Below, one piece after another: positions 10,229 through 19,468 of a DNA stretch of 64,000 nucleotides. The translations under genes were made by a program, and so were the position numbers. The notes under the pieces are model-generated. The model was not told the origin of the DNA. It made no database searches and saw nothing but the letters and a program-made list of their open reading frames with translations. This stretch comes from a virus. Lineage: Duplodnaviria; Caudoviricetes. Every line of letters begins with the position of its first letter. Position 1 is the first letter of the stretch. The stretch is from the IMG/VR virus record IMGVR_UViG_3300029305_003320, positions 19,869-83,868 of that record; one strand, written 5' to 3'.

Positions 10229-10984
10229 ATGCTTAAATGGCTTATAAACCTATTTAGGTCTCAGGAAGCTATAGACAAAGAGACTATAGCTTCAATGAAA
10301 GGTAAGTACAAACTTGGATGCGTTGCAGTCCCTAAAGATTTTGGGACTCTTCCAAAACTTAGTTTTGGATCTACCAGGTTCCAGGCTCCTAAAACAGTAG
10401 ACCTGAGGGACTACTGCACCCAGACTGAAAATCAGGGTGATAAACCCTATTGTGCCGCGTATACAGCCGCAGGTTTTGCTGAAAATATCCTTTGGCGCAA
10501 GAATGACTATATCACTCAGATAGATCCTGTCGCTATCTACAAGCGCGCTAAACAGATCGATGGTGATCCCTATGGTGAAGGTACTTCTCTCACAGCAGTC
10601 CTTCAAGTTCTGCTTGAAAAAGGATACTTCAGCTCAAAAGAGTGCAGGATTCAGGTAATTGATAATGTATCCGGATTCGATAACTCTATCAAGTATGCTA
10701 TCCACAAGTTTGGTTGCTGCTTGTTAGCATGCAACATAACTGAGGAATGGTACCTGTGCGGTAAGAATAAGACATCCATAACAGGCAAGTCTTATAACAA
10801 TTCGCTTGGTGGTCACGCTATTCTCTGCTGTGGGTATAACGAAGATGGGGTTATTATTCATAACTCCTGGGGTGAAGAGTGGGGTCAGTATGGATTCGCT
10901 CTTATTACGTGGAGTGCTTTAAGAGCTCAGTTCCTCTATGCTGCTGTTCTTAGTAATGCGCTAAACAACATGGCGATTAAGTGA
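10229..10984 (+). CDS. Papain-family (C1A) cysteine peptidase
   Basis: VDLR...ENQGDKPYCAAY (oxyanion Q, catalytic C), GGHAILCCGY (H), IHNSWGEEWGQYGF (N). Confidence 0.85.
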   Translation: MLKWLINLFRSQEAIDKETIASMKGKYKLGCVAVPKDFGTLPKLSFGSTRFQAPKTVDLRDYCTQTENQGDKPYCAAYTAAGFAENILWRKNDYITQIDPVAIYKRAKQIDGDPYGEGTSLTAVLQVLLEKGYFSSKECRIQVIDNVSGFDNSIKYAIHKFGCCLLACNITEEWYLCGKNKTSITGKSYNNSLGGHAILCCGYNEDGVIIHNSWGEEWGQYGFALITWSALRAQFLYAAVLSNALNNMAIK

Positions 10985-10990
10985 GGGTTT

Positions 10991-12004
10991 ATGGACAAAA
11001 TTCTACTTCAAGATGTAGGATCTGAGATTATCTCGGATGCTACAGAAGCTATTCAGATTAGGGATGATATGGTTGAGCTCGGATTCTCGTCTAAAGCTAT
11101 CGACTATGTCTGCGCGGATCTGAAGCAGGCTATAACCATCATTAGGAACAGTGGAATCAAGGGTTATATCTACATGGTTGACCATGATGACGCCATGGCC
11201 GATAGGTTTAATATTCCTAAGTACGAGGCGGGTCTTTCGGTTGAAGCGCTTAAGGAATGTGAAGATAGGCACCTTAATGCCGCCATAGAAGGCCTAGAGG
11301 AATATCTCACTAGGTTCGTTGAGTTAATTAAGACGATCATTGAAAAACTCAAATCCTGGTGCAAGACTATTCTTTCGTTCAGGAAGTTCCATCTGGATTA
11401 TATCTCTAAGAACCTTGAGAGACTCTCCATGCTTCAGCCGGATACCAAGGTTAGTGGAGTAATGGGATATAAGGATGCTAACAAACTTCTTAGTGCGATT
11501 GAAGAAGTTCACAAGTATGTGAAGAGCATACCAAACAATCCTAACACTCAGGTTTCTCAGAATGGAAATCTTTTAAAGGTAATGACAGATCTTTGTCTGT
11601 CGTATGAACCTGGAGAAGACGGTACGTTCTATGTGAATAATGCTGTTGTAGGTATCTCTGAGAGGTATCCTATTAAAGAGTTGTGCACACTTACTGAAGC
11701 TGGATGGTCTGCATCTAGCGCTAAAGACTTCGCTAAGAAGTTAACACAGCAGGATTCGCAGAAGCAGTTCAATGAGATCATTGCAACTGCTGAACGTCAC
11801 GGTAAGTACGTATCTGAGTTCCAGATTGATGTTGTCAAACAGGCGAAGGAACCCAAACGTGACAGCACAGCTGCTGCTATGGTTAGATCCCATGGTTCTG
11901 TGGTGCGCATGCTTAGTAAGTTTGCTACTGTAGAACACCAGGCAGTTCTGCATTGCTGCAAGACTGTCAGAGGACTGATATCGGTAACACCTCCAATGAA
12001 ATAA
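10991..12004 (+). CDS. phiKZ-type internal head protein
   Basis: Propeptide with LSVE/A and AAIE/G sites followed by an amphipathic helix (LEEYLTRFVELIKTIIEKLKSW). Confidence 0.6.
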   Translation: MDKILLQDVGSEIISDATEAIQIRDDMVELGFSSKAIDYVCADLKQAITIIRNSGIKGYIYMVDHDDAMADRFNIPKYEAGLSVEALKECEDRHLNAAIEGLEEYLTRFVELIKTIIEKLKSWCKTILSFRKFHLDYISKNLERLSMLQPDTKVSGVMGYKDANKLLSAIEEVHKYVKSIPNNPNTQVSQNGNLLKVMTDLCLSYEPGEDGTFYVNNAVVGISERYPIKELCTLTEAGWSASSAKDFAKKLTQQDSQKQFNEIIATAERHGKYVSEFQIDVVKQAKEPKRDSTAAAMVRSHGSVVRMLSKFATVEHQAVLHCCKTVRGLISVTPPMK

Positions 12005-12012
12005 AATACCCT

Positions 12013-12046
12013 CCTAGGAGACTCGGCTATAGCCGAGTCTCCTAGG
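12013..12046. terminator. 34-nt perfect palindrome / terminator
   Basis: CCTAGGAGACTCGGCTATAGCCGAGTCTCCTAGG, between convergent genes. Confidence 0.75.
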
Positions 12047-12051
12047 TTGAG

Positions 12052-12570
12052 TTATTGCCCTGTAAGTGCGCAGAAAATCTTCTTTATGAAATCCCATCCG
12101 AAATAAGTTACTGTTCCTACTGCAGCACTTATAGCAGCTGTGACTCCGTGTCTGAACTTCTTATGTTCGTTGGACTCTTCATTAAGAGCGTCTATTTCTT
12201 TCTGGGCAGACTTCCAAAGAGAATCCACTTTCTTTACATATTTGTTAAGCTCAAGTAAATTCTTCTTGTTGATAGCCAAACTACTTCCGTGCTTGTTGAT
12301 CTTATCCTCACACTCAGCTACTCTCTGATGCATACCTGTCACAGTATGAACTATGAGCTGAATATGATCCATAGTACTGCCTATTAAGGTAGTTATACGA
12401 CAGAGTCTGGAATTGCAGTTGTCATCCCATTTGGTTATAGACCCTTTAAGCTCGTCTATCTCTTTTTGTAGACCGTCACACTTATCGGTTAGAGATTTCT
12501 TGACTTGCTCTATCTTCTTAGATAGCTCGTCAAGCTCATCTCTAGGAGTGGGCTGTGGGGTATCACTCAC
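12052..12570 (-). CDS. Coiled-coil protein with C-terminal membrane segment
   Basis: Heptad-rich N-terminus; hydrophobic GVTAAISAAVGTVTYFGWDF near the C-terminus; GGAGG RBS. Confidence 0.55.
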   Translation of the reverse strand: MSDTPQPTPRDELDELSKKIEQVKKSLTDKCDGLQKEIDELKGSITKWDDNCNSRLCRITTLIGSTMDHIQLIVHTVTGMHQRVAECEDKINKHGSSLAINKKNLLELNKYVKKVDSLWKSAQKEIDALNEESNEHKKFRHGVTAAISAAVGTVTYFGWDFIKKIFCALTGQ

Positions 12571-12588
12571 GGCTTACCTCCTTGTTAA

Positions 12589-13491
12589 TTACTTGGCTTT
12601 AGCGTACAGAGTGTTCACGCACAGGACGTAGTTGTGTTCTAAAGCCATTTGACGAGTGGCTGCCATACCGTAGGCATTGTATATCAATGCGATGTCCTTA
12701 GCAACCGTGGAAATGTTGTTGATGTCTTTGGCAGTGACGGGAGGATTGTCTACATCTATTACAGAAGTGATAGATTTAAGAAGTTTCTCCATTTCGTCAA
12801 TAGACTTAGTTATACCATTTACGTCCTGCAGACGATACTCATTTGCAATAAGTGTGTTGCGGACTTCAACCCACTCCTCTATTGTAAGGAATGCTCTGTC
12901 AAATGAAATCTTGGTCATCTTGGGGCCACTGAACTGTCCCATGCAGAGATCGATTGCGGGCTTAGCTGTCTTAACTATGCCCTCTACAAGGTTAGCAGTA
13001 GTGTCAGCCTGATCTGGAAGCTTGTCGTCTCCAGAATTAAGCGAGTTCATTATCTCACGGAACGAGATAAGCACCAACTTTCCAGTGTTTACAGCGTTAA
13101 GCTTCATGTAGACGGCAATAAGAGAATCTACTGCTTTCTTATAGGTATCCTTCATGTTGGACGGGCAGTCTACCATAACCTCAACAAGTTTCTCATAAGG
13201 GAGCTTATCGACAATGCGGGTCTTCATCGTATTAGATGCATAGAACTCGTGTAGTTCGCTTCTCTTAAGAGATTTGGTGAATCTGGTCATGTTAGTTCCG
13301 AAGGTCTTAAATAGCCCGCCTATACCGTCGCAGATGGCTACGAACATCCTACCAACGATATTGGAGTTGAGCCCTTCTACTGCACCTACCTCAAGTCCTT
13401 CTGCAGCATAAACCTCTTCGATTTTAGCGCATACGGACTTATAGAATTCTAGTTCGTTCATGGTATAAATTCCTATGTTATTAAAAGTCAT
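12589..13491 (-). CDS. Probable virion head protein
   Basis: N-terminal AAE/G and AVE/G candidate prohead-protease sites; helical 300-aa protein. Confidence 0.5.
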   Translation of the reverse strand: MTFNNIGIYTMNELEFYKSVCAKIEEVYAAEGLEVGAVEGLNSNIVGRMFVAICDGIGGLFKTFGTNMTRFTKSLKRSELHEFYASNTMKTRIVDKLPYEKLVEVMVDCPSNMKDTYKKAVDSLIAVYMKLNAVNTGKLVLISFREIMNSLNSGDDKLPDQADTTANLVEGIVKTAKPAIDLCMGQFSGPKMTKISFDRAFLTIEEWVEVRNTLIANEYRLQDVNGITKSIDEMEKLLKSITSVIDVDNPPVTAKDINNISTVAKDIALIYNAYGMAATRQMALEHNYVLCVNTLYAKAK

Positions 13492-13503
13492 AAAATGGCA
13501 AAA

Positions 13504-13531
13504 AGAAGACGACCTATATAGGTCGTCTTCT
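13504..13531 (-). terminator. 28-nt perfect palindrome / terminator
   Basis: AGAAGACGACCTATATAGGTCGTCTTCT. Confidence 0.7.
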
Positions 13532-13536
13532 ATTCT

Positions 13537-14091
13537 CTACACCTCAATGCAGATATCGTTGTAGATATAGAAATCCAGTACGAATTTGGCTATCTTGTTG
13601 CGAATGGTTTCACGCACTATCTGCATGTCATTGAACACGTCATTGATAGGCGCAATAACGAACTTTTTGTTCTCGCCGATCTTTTCATAGCAGTCAGGTT
13701 TGAGTCCCTGGATCTCGGATTCCTTGATCTCGCAGCTGGTTGTGGCGGCAGCATGCGCTCTCATCATCGCATCTGTTAGATCGCACAATATCTTATCGGC
13801 GTATTTGTTACGCCCTATCTCAAAGGCTTCCTTAAGATCAAACTGACTGACAGTGTCTGGATTATACTCCCCTCTTACAAAGAGGATGGTAGACTCCTGA
13901 TACCATGTTTTTGGTTTCGTGTCAGGATCGGACCGAATACTAATCACATAATCTGTGGTTCCCTCTTCATTTTTCCGTCTGCCGATGACGGTGATAGAGA
14001 GGTTCTCATGAGTGAGCTGAACGTCAAGGACGTTAACACTACCCATTATACACTCAATATCGTATCTTTCTAGTGTGCTTAGATTGTACAT
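13537..14091 (-). CDS. Hypothetical early protein
   Basis: AAGGAG RBS; TATATTAC at 14124-14131. Confidence 0.65.
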   Translation of the reverse strand: MYNLSTLERYDIECIMGSVNVLDVQLTHENLSITVIGRRKNEEGTTDYVISIRSDPDTKPKTWYQESTILFVRGEYNPDTVSQFDLKEAFEIGRNKYADKILCDLTDAMMRAHAAATTSCEIKESEIQGLKPDCYEKIGENKKFVIAPINDVFNDMQIVRETIRNKIAKFVLDFYIYNDICIEV

Positions 14092-14122
14092 AAGTACTCC
14101 TTTTGTTGATTGTTACTATACT

Positions 14123-14136
14123 GGTAATATATTACC
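14123..14136. promoter_or_regulatory. Palindromic double TATATTAC (GGTAATATATTACC)
   Basis: Motif on both strands; the minus copy lies upstream of 13537-14091. Confidence 0.65.
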
Positions 14137-14172
14137 AAAAAGAAGACCGCCTTGCGGCAGCCTTCCCGCATC

Positions 14173-14430
14173 CTACTGGATGCAGCGATTGAGGAAATCC
14201 CCAACATCGTCGGAGATCTTCTCAACCACAATCTGGTTGCCAGCCGTATTTGGCTGGTCGAATCTGGCCTTCAGAACCTTGATATGCCCCTTAAGGGCTA
14301 TCACAATGACGGCTTCTCCGTCGGTAAGACCTGCCTCGATGGTCTCGGCCACCGTATGCTCTTTCTCACCAATGTTGATGCCGTCGCTGTTAAATCCAGG
14401 GACCGGAGTCCATCCGCTTGTGTTTGTCAT
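14173..14430 (-). CDS. Hypothetical early protein (85 aa)
   Basis: Start moved to MTNTSG (ATG 14430, AAGGA RBS), downstream of the bipartite promoter at 14467-14497. Confidence 0.6.
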   Translation of the reverse strand: MTNTSGWTPVPGFNSDGINIGEKEHTVAETIEAGLTDGEAVIVIALKGHIKVLKARFDQPNTAGNQIVVEKISDDVGDFLNRCIQ

Positions 14431-14466
14431 AACTAATTCCTTTCTTTGTTTGGTTAGACTATGCAG

Positions 14467-14497
14467 GTGATATATAAGTGAAATGGTTTGATCTACA
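14467..14497 (-). promoter_or_regulatory. Bipartite promoter TGTAGATCA-N12-TATATATCAC
   Basis: Same spacing at four loci. Confidence 0.65.
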
Positions 14498-14617
14498 TGT
14501 TTTGATTTACAATGTGACACATTCTTATGTGTGTGAACAAAAAGAAGAGAAGCTCTGGACCTCTCTTCTTGCGTATTGGTCACGTACAAAAGAACGCATA
14601 CCTAATGGCACAATCGG

Positions 14618-14734
14618 CTACTTGCCTATTCGGCTCAGCAACCATCCGATAATGGGCGGCGTAACAAGCCTGGCAATTTCTGCTAGGCAATATACCACTG
14701 TCCAGAACGGATCTGCGTCAATAGATTGCGACAT
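14618..14734 (-). CDS. Possible small membrane peptide (38 aa)
   Basis: AGGAG RBS, then MSQSIDADPFWTVVYCLAEIARLVTPPIIGWLLSRIGK. Confidence 0.35.
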   Translation of the reverse strand: MSQSIDADPFWTVVYCLAEIARLVTPPIIGWLLSRIGK

Positions 14735-14837
14735 GTTTGTATCGCTCCTTACTTGCATTGTAAGGTACAAAGACCACACCACTCGGTGTGTACTATCTTT
14801 GTAACCAAGGGAATGATATATACATGAAACGGACGAT

Positions 14838-14873
14838 CTACACCTCCACGGCATCACTGCCGTGGAGGTGTAG
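14838..14873 (-). terminator. Hairpin (16-bp)
   Basis: Downstream of 14882-15694. Confidence 0.65.
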
Positions 14874-14881
14874 GTTTGTCT

Positions 14882-15694
14882 TTATACCCATTCGTAGTTC
14901 CAAACTACATATTCTGTTCCACCGTACCATTTATAGACTCTGTCTTTATCTAGTGTACGGACTTTACCTATTTGCTCATAGGTATCTCCTCTGGAAGGAT
15001 CATACCAGTTCACTATAAAAACTTCGCCTTTTTTGCTGGCAATAAGTCTTAGGAATCCGAGTATAGATCCTGTAGCCGGGCTTCTGATGGTTCCTCCTTT
15101 TTCAAAATCCAGATGGAACTTCTCTTCACTTTTATCGAATGTGGCTTTAATTAGATCTTTGTCTGGAGTTTTATTATCAGATCTAACGAGTATAACTTGT
15201 TTAGCCCTTTTCGTGAGATAATCGGACTTGGCGGCCAGTTTTAGTCTTTGTGCTGTGGCATCCAGTAAGTAGATCTCGCCTCGTATATTAACAAGATTAA
15301 AAACATGACCGCTTCCGGACTCCCATGTGGCGGAAATAATAGCTCTTGATCCGTCACCCCATTTTTTCATAGTGTTTTCAGTTCTGTTGAATATATCTTT
15401 ACCTGATATAACAACAGGATCTATCTTTTTGAACAAGTGCCACATTGCATGAGGAGACTTACTACCTTTAGGGACATCGAACACTCTGTCCCATGGCGTG
15501 TCGGTGATAGTTACTTCCTTGTCAACGCCTCTGTATTTGAGTTCCAACGCAGCTGCGAACTTCTGACAATTGTTGCCCACTTTGTATTTGCTAAGTTCCT
15601 TAAGGAATTGCTTAGCTTTCTTGATTTCTGGCGGATCGTCACCAGATGCATCTGTAGACTTATTCTCTACACTTATGCCAAAGTTAACTCTCAT
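14882..15694 (-). CDS. M-x-x-x-F-G-tagged protein with papain-fold toxin (glutamine deamidase-like) domain
   Basis: N-terminus MRVNFGISVE; NNCQKFAAALELKYRG (Cys), RAIISATWESGSGHVFN (His), YLLDAT (Asp) match the papain-fold toxin pattern. Confidence 0.7.
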   Translation of the reverse strand: MRVNFGISVENKSTDASGDDPPEIKKAKQFLKELSKYKVGNNCQKFAAALELKYRGVDKEVTITDTPWDRVFDVPKGSKSPHAMWHLFKKIDPVVISGKDIFNRTENTMKKWGDGSRAIISATWESGSGHVFNLVNIRGEIYLLDATAQRLKLAAKSDYLTKRAKQVILVRSDNKTPDKDLIKATFDKSEEKFHLDFEKGGTIRSPATGSILGFLRLIASKKGEVFIVNWYDPSRGDTYEQIGKVRTLDKDRVYKWYGGTEYVVWNYEWV

Positions 15695-15737
15695 TGCACC
15701 ACCTATACCTTACAAAGACATTCGTAGTCTTTATTCA

Positions 15738-15983
15738 TTATTTTAACAAGCGCAGACTGTAAAGTAAGTGAAGTATATTCACTGGTGAGAATTTCACAGT
15801 GAATCTGTCTGACGGATCTCTTCCGTCACTCTTGCATGTGGATAATTCTTTATCAAACTTATGCTTTATTTCTGATATCTCACTGTGATCATAATACTTT
15901 ATCGCATTAAGAGCATCTTTTATTATATTCCATAGTCCTTCAATCGATGCAGAATATGTTGGCACTCCGAAGTCTACTTTCAT
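15738..15983 (-). CDS. Short tagged protein (81 aa), possibly truncated
   Basis: MKVDFGVPTYSASIE/GLWNIIKD; AAGGAG RBS. Confidence 0.6.
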   Translation of the reverse strand: MKVDFGVPTYSASIEGLWNIIKDALNAIKYYDHSEISEIKHKFDKELSTCKSDGRDPSDRFTVKFSPVNILHLLYSLRLLK

Positions 15984-16041
15984 TTCAAGTTCTCCTTTTA
16001 AGATGGTTACATGGTCAAAAGAGAGACAACACTTAAAGGTA

Positions 16042-16077
16042 AGTTACAGAGTGCGGGGCATCCCGCACTCTGTAACT
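16042..16077 (-). terminator. Hairpin (16-bp)
   Basis: Downstream of 16088-16660. Confidence 0.65.
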
Positions 16078-16087
16078 ACATTCTAGT

Positions 16088-16660
16088 TTAGTCTTTCCGA
16101 CGGGCAAGTGTTGATACCATGAATGCATCACAACGAAATGCAAATTTGAACAGGTCAGCTGGCAATTCTGCAGAAACTCCGATTGGATTCTGTAGAGTAT
16201 CTGATGCGTAACACATTGCAATTGGTGGCATTTCGATGAATCGAAATGCGTCCTTTGTTCCACGTCCTTCAACTTCCGTGAACTTAGGTTCGAACCCAAT
16301 GTAGGTAAACCCGTTTAGTAATGTTTTCGCATATCCAAACATGCATTCATCAGTCACCGTCCACGTTGGTGGTGTAATCTCTTCAGGTTCGACATCACTT
16401 ATATCGTACGCCTTGACATTGAGCTTGAGTCCGCCACCAACATCATGCTCTCTCTTTAAAAGCATCCTGATAGGCAGATACTTGTTGATATCGCTAACAT
16501 ATACTGTTAGTATAGCAGACTTATAATCAAATGCCGTTGTAATAGCTGGTATTTGATCAAGTAGTGTGCGGATACGGTTGGCTGCTAGAACAACCGGGTT
16601 GGCTAGGTTCAGTTTTTCAGCAGCTGCCGCCTTGACGGACTTTCGTTTCTTCGTGGCCAT
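16088..16660 (-). CDS. Hypothetical protein, paralog of 56763-57356
   Basis: Shared blocks LANP, FD[YF], VYVSD, GGLKLNVK, FEPKF, EMP/EFP. Confidence 0.7.
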   Translation of the reverse strand: MATKKRKSVKAAAAEKLNLANPVVLAANRIRTLLDQIPAITTAFDYKSAILTVYVSDINKYLPIRMLLKREHDVGGGLKLNVKAYDISDVEPEEITPPTWTVTDECMFGYAKTLLNGFTYIGFEPKFTEVEGRGTKDAFRFIEMPPIAMCYASDTLQNPIGVSAELPADLFKFAFRCDAFMVSTLARRKD

Positions 16661-16728
16661 GATACTCCTTTATGTTGTTTGTAGACATAACATCTACATT
16701 GCCTTTAATTTAAGACGGGATTTAGAAG

Positions 16729-17163
16729 CTAGATGAGGACTAGACTGAGCTGCCATTTAGACAGTAGTCCCGAACTAACTATTTTCTTAATTGCACGTTC
16801 CGCACCGCCACGAGTTTTGTAGACCCTAATGCGATTGTTGTCGAACACAGGAAAACCTTTGCGCATCCCGCTATAATAACTAAGTTTGTTGGGATCATAA
16901 TCGCCTTTGTTCCCACATGTAATTTTACCTGCAATTGCCCACCGACGACAATTGCGCGCAACCCAGATGAATCCCTTACGCGATATTCCGCTTGGAAGAA
17001 ACGGAGCCGGAGGGTGTGAGTTACGAAGTATGCTTAGTGCTGAGCTAGTCATTACAAGTTCGTCGTATGTAAGGTGCTTCTTCTCCTTAGCGGCATTGAT
17101 AGGTTTGCCTGATAGTTTTGGTACAGGGTTGATAGATCGTTTCATTATCATTTCCTTTTTCAT
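16729..17163 (-). CDS. Basic hypothetical early protein
   Basis: 144 aa; TATATTAC at 17196-17203 upstream. Confidence 0.55.
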   Translation of the reverse strand: MKKEMIMKRSINPVPKLSGKPINAAKEKKHLTYDELVMTSSALSILRNSHPPAPFLPSGISRKGFIWVARNCRRWAIAGKITCGNKGDYDPNKLSYYSGMRKGFPVFDNNRIRVYKTRGGAERAIKKIVSSGLLSKWQLSLVLI

Positions 17164-17195
17164 TGTGATGGTTGTAACTATTACAACTCATATAA

Positions 17196-17203
17196 GTAAT
17201 ATA
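17196..17203 (-). promoter_or_regulatory. TATATTAC early promoter motif
   Basis: Exact match upstream of 16729-17163. Confidence 0.7.
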
Positions 17204-17224
17204 TTTCTAAAATTATAATAAATG

Positions 17225-17255
17225 GGCATCTCCTGGGCTATACCCAGGAGATGCC
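17225..17255 (-). terminator. Hairpin (13-bp)
   Basis: Downstream of 17261-17989. Confidence 0.65.
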
Positions 17256-17260
17256 GAGTT

Positions 17261-17989
17261 TTATAGTTTGCGCAGTTGTTTGTCCGTGTAAAACAGGAAA
17301 TAATCAATAATCGAATATAGCTTAATTGCCATTCTCGAGTATGTATAGAACGAACTAAAGTTTCCTATCTTGTCAGTCCTGGCTCCTGTGTCGAATGCTT
17401 TCTGCCCTTTGTACACTTTGTTAGCCATGCTGGCTTCCTTAGTGCTCTTAATCATGGTTTCCCATTTTGCAGATTTTAAAGTGTCCATGTGACTAGCAGC
17501 CCCGCGCCTAAAATCTTTGGCTATACTTGTCACGGTTGACACAGAAAGTCCCATGTCTACATAAGTCCTGTCTTTGTAGCATAGTCTACGTTTTAAAGCG
17601 TCATCTTTCTCCTCTGTTATGAGGACAAAGTTTGACATGTTCTTATCCAAGTCACCCCTTATATTGTTGAGCCTGCCCACCAGGTCGGAATACAACTTAT
17701 CAGAGTCGTTAGACTTAATCTCAGCGCGTTTTACGGCGTCAAAATTGTCAACCATGAACTTGGTTACAACTTCTGTAAATTTAGTTGCTTGGATAAGTAT
17801 GTCACCTTTAGGGCAGTAGAAGTCAATGGTTCTTCTTTCAAACTTGGCTCTCTGTTCGGGTTTTAGTGTTATAAGACTCTTGATAAGACCATCTATGATG
17901 TGTGCAGATTTACTATCTCTTGTAAAGGTGTGCTGGAGCTTTGTCCAGAATCCCTCACATGAGGGTTCTATTCCAAAATTAACCCTCAT
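17261..17989 (-). CDS. Tagged internal-head-like protein
   Basis: MRVNFGIEPSCE/GFWTKLQHTF: tag, S-x-E site, amphipathic helix. Confidence 0.65.
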   Translation of the reverse strand: MRVNFGIEPSCEGFWTKLQHTFTRDSKSAHIIDGLIKSLITLKPEQRAKFERRTIDFYCPKGDILIQATKFTEVVTKFMVDNFDAVKRAEIKSNDSDKLYSDLVGRLNNIRGDLDKNMSNFVLITEEKDDALKRRLCYKDRTYVDMGLSVSTVTSIAKDFRRGAASHMDTLKSAKWETMIKSTKEASMANKVYKGQKAFDTGARTDKIGNFSSFYTYSRMAIKLYSIIDYFLFYTDKQLRKL

Positions 17990-18575
17990 GATTCTTGCCC
18001 TCCTTCATGATGTAAGCATAATGCTCCTCATTTGTCATACCGAACCACTGCTTACATTTCTTATCTGACTCGGCTTTCATTGCTTCAGACATGAGTTTCC
18101 AATTGTTGTGTACTCTAGTCTGCTCAGCATTGTCTGGCTCTTTGTGGATCAACTCTATACCTGTCTGAGCTCTCCATGCATGAACCTTGTCATTCTTAAG
18201 TTTCTCGTAAACCTTTTCAGGATAGTGCTCTTTGATATAAGACAATTTGTAAGGTCTTTCATACTTACTCTTCTTTAGAGTTAGTACGAGTATCTTAGGA
18301 TACTTCTTAAGGATTTCTATCTGTTTATTAGTGAGCTGTTTGTAGTAAGGACTATCTTCAACTCTAGAAATCTCTCTAGCACCAACTATCTCAAAACAGT
18401 GATTGCTGTCGATAGCTTCTGCATAGACGTAGTCACCTTTTTGGAACTTGGCTGCGTCAGAACTGACTCTATGTGTGATAATAGTAGTTTGTTTCTTAAG
18501 AGAATCTATTTCGGATTTAGGGAATGATATATCCTTAACTACAACTCCGCTGCGTTCTCCAAAATTGACTTTCAT
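17979..18575 (-). CDS. Tagged protein with possible ASCH/PUA-like N-terminal domain
   Basis: MKVNFGE; IITHRVSSD...FQKGDYV pattern recalls the ASCH fold (weak). Confidence 0.5.
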   Translation of the reverse strand: MKVNFGERSGVVVKDISFPKSEIDSLKKQTTIITHRVSSDAAKFQKGDYVYAEAIDSNHCFEIVGAREISRVEDSPYYKQLTNKQIEILKKYPKILVLTLKKSKYERPYKLSYIKEHYPEKVYEKLKNDKVHAWRAQTGIELIHKEPDNAEQTRVHNNWKLMSEAMKAESDKKCKQWFGMTNEEHYAYIMKEGKNHEG

Positions 18576-19399
18576 TGTTTTAATCCTTTTGATACTAAAA
18601 TAGATATTCTACCTAGATCGGATGCCCACTGCTTATATGCATAAAATCCTTCCCTGCAGTCCATAACAGTTCTCTGAACTTTCATGAATTCGCCATCAGC
18701 AACGTCCGCTTTTGTGGCATATCCAAGTGTTTTATAGATTCCAAATGGACCTATAGATTTATCATCAGGGCCATTTCTAAAATCCAGTATCCCTGATTCG
18801 TATTTGCCATCTCCGAATACAACATTCACGAGATATTCAAAACACTTTTCTAGTTTTTCCTTTGAGTATCCTAGTTGTTTAAGAGATCCGGATTTCCTAG
18901 TAGCCTTGGAAGAGTAACTCTCAGCAGATTTTATATGATCTTCTAAAGATTTGCTGTATTTTAACTTCAAAAATTTATAGAAGCATTTTCCTACTTTTGT
19001 TGACAGCATATCTTCTTCATACCACTTATCGTCAACGGATTCTCTTGAGTTTTGAGCTGAAGCATAAGCTTTGAAGTCTGATACAGTTAGTTTGCTAAAC
19101 TCCAGCACTAATGGCTGTACCTCTTTATTTAAGAGTTTTAAAAGCGGATCTAGAGTAGTTTCAAGAAAGTGTGTTACCTGATCTGCTGAAGGTATATCTC
19201 CGGAAGGTGTCATTTCTAATATTTTACCTACAGTGCTCTCAGACGCCGATTTAAGATCATTCGACATCTTAGAGTAATAGCTTTTAATAAAATCTGCTGT
19301 AGGATCTTTGGATTCCTTTTTTGTAAAAATGGACTTTATTTTATCCAAAAGACCTTCCTCAGACATTTCAACAATAGGAGTGCCAAAATTTACTTTCAT
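18572..19399 (-). CDS. Tagged internal-head-like protein
   Basis: Start moved to MKVNFG (ATG 19399, GAGGA RBS); MSEE/GLLDKIKSIF. Confidence 0.65.
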   Translation of the reverse strand: MKVNFGTPIVEMSEEGLLDKIKSIFTKKESKDPTADFIKSYYSKMSNDLKSASESTVGKILEMTPSGDIPSADQVTHFLETTLDPLLKLLNKEVQPLVLEFSKLTVSDFKAYASAQNSRESVDDKWYEEDMLSTKVGKCFYKFLKLKYSKSLEDHIKSAESYSSKATRKSGSLKQLGYSKEKLEKCFEYLVNVVFGDGKYESGILDFRNGPDDKSIGPFGIYKTLGYATKADVADGEFMKVQRTVMDCREGFYAYKQWASDLGRISILVSKGLKQ

Positions 19400-19468
19400 T
19401 GTTAAATCCTCATTATGAAATTTCTCTGAGCACAAAAAGAAGAGAGTGCCTGTTAGGCACTCTCCAGG

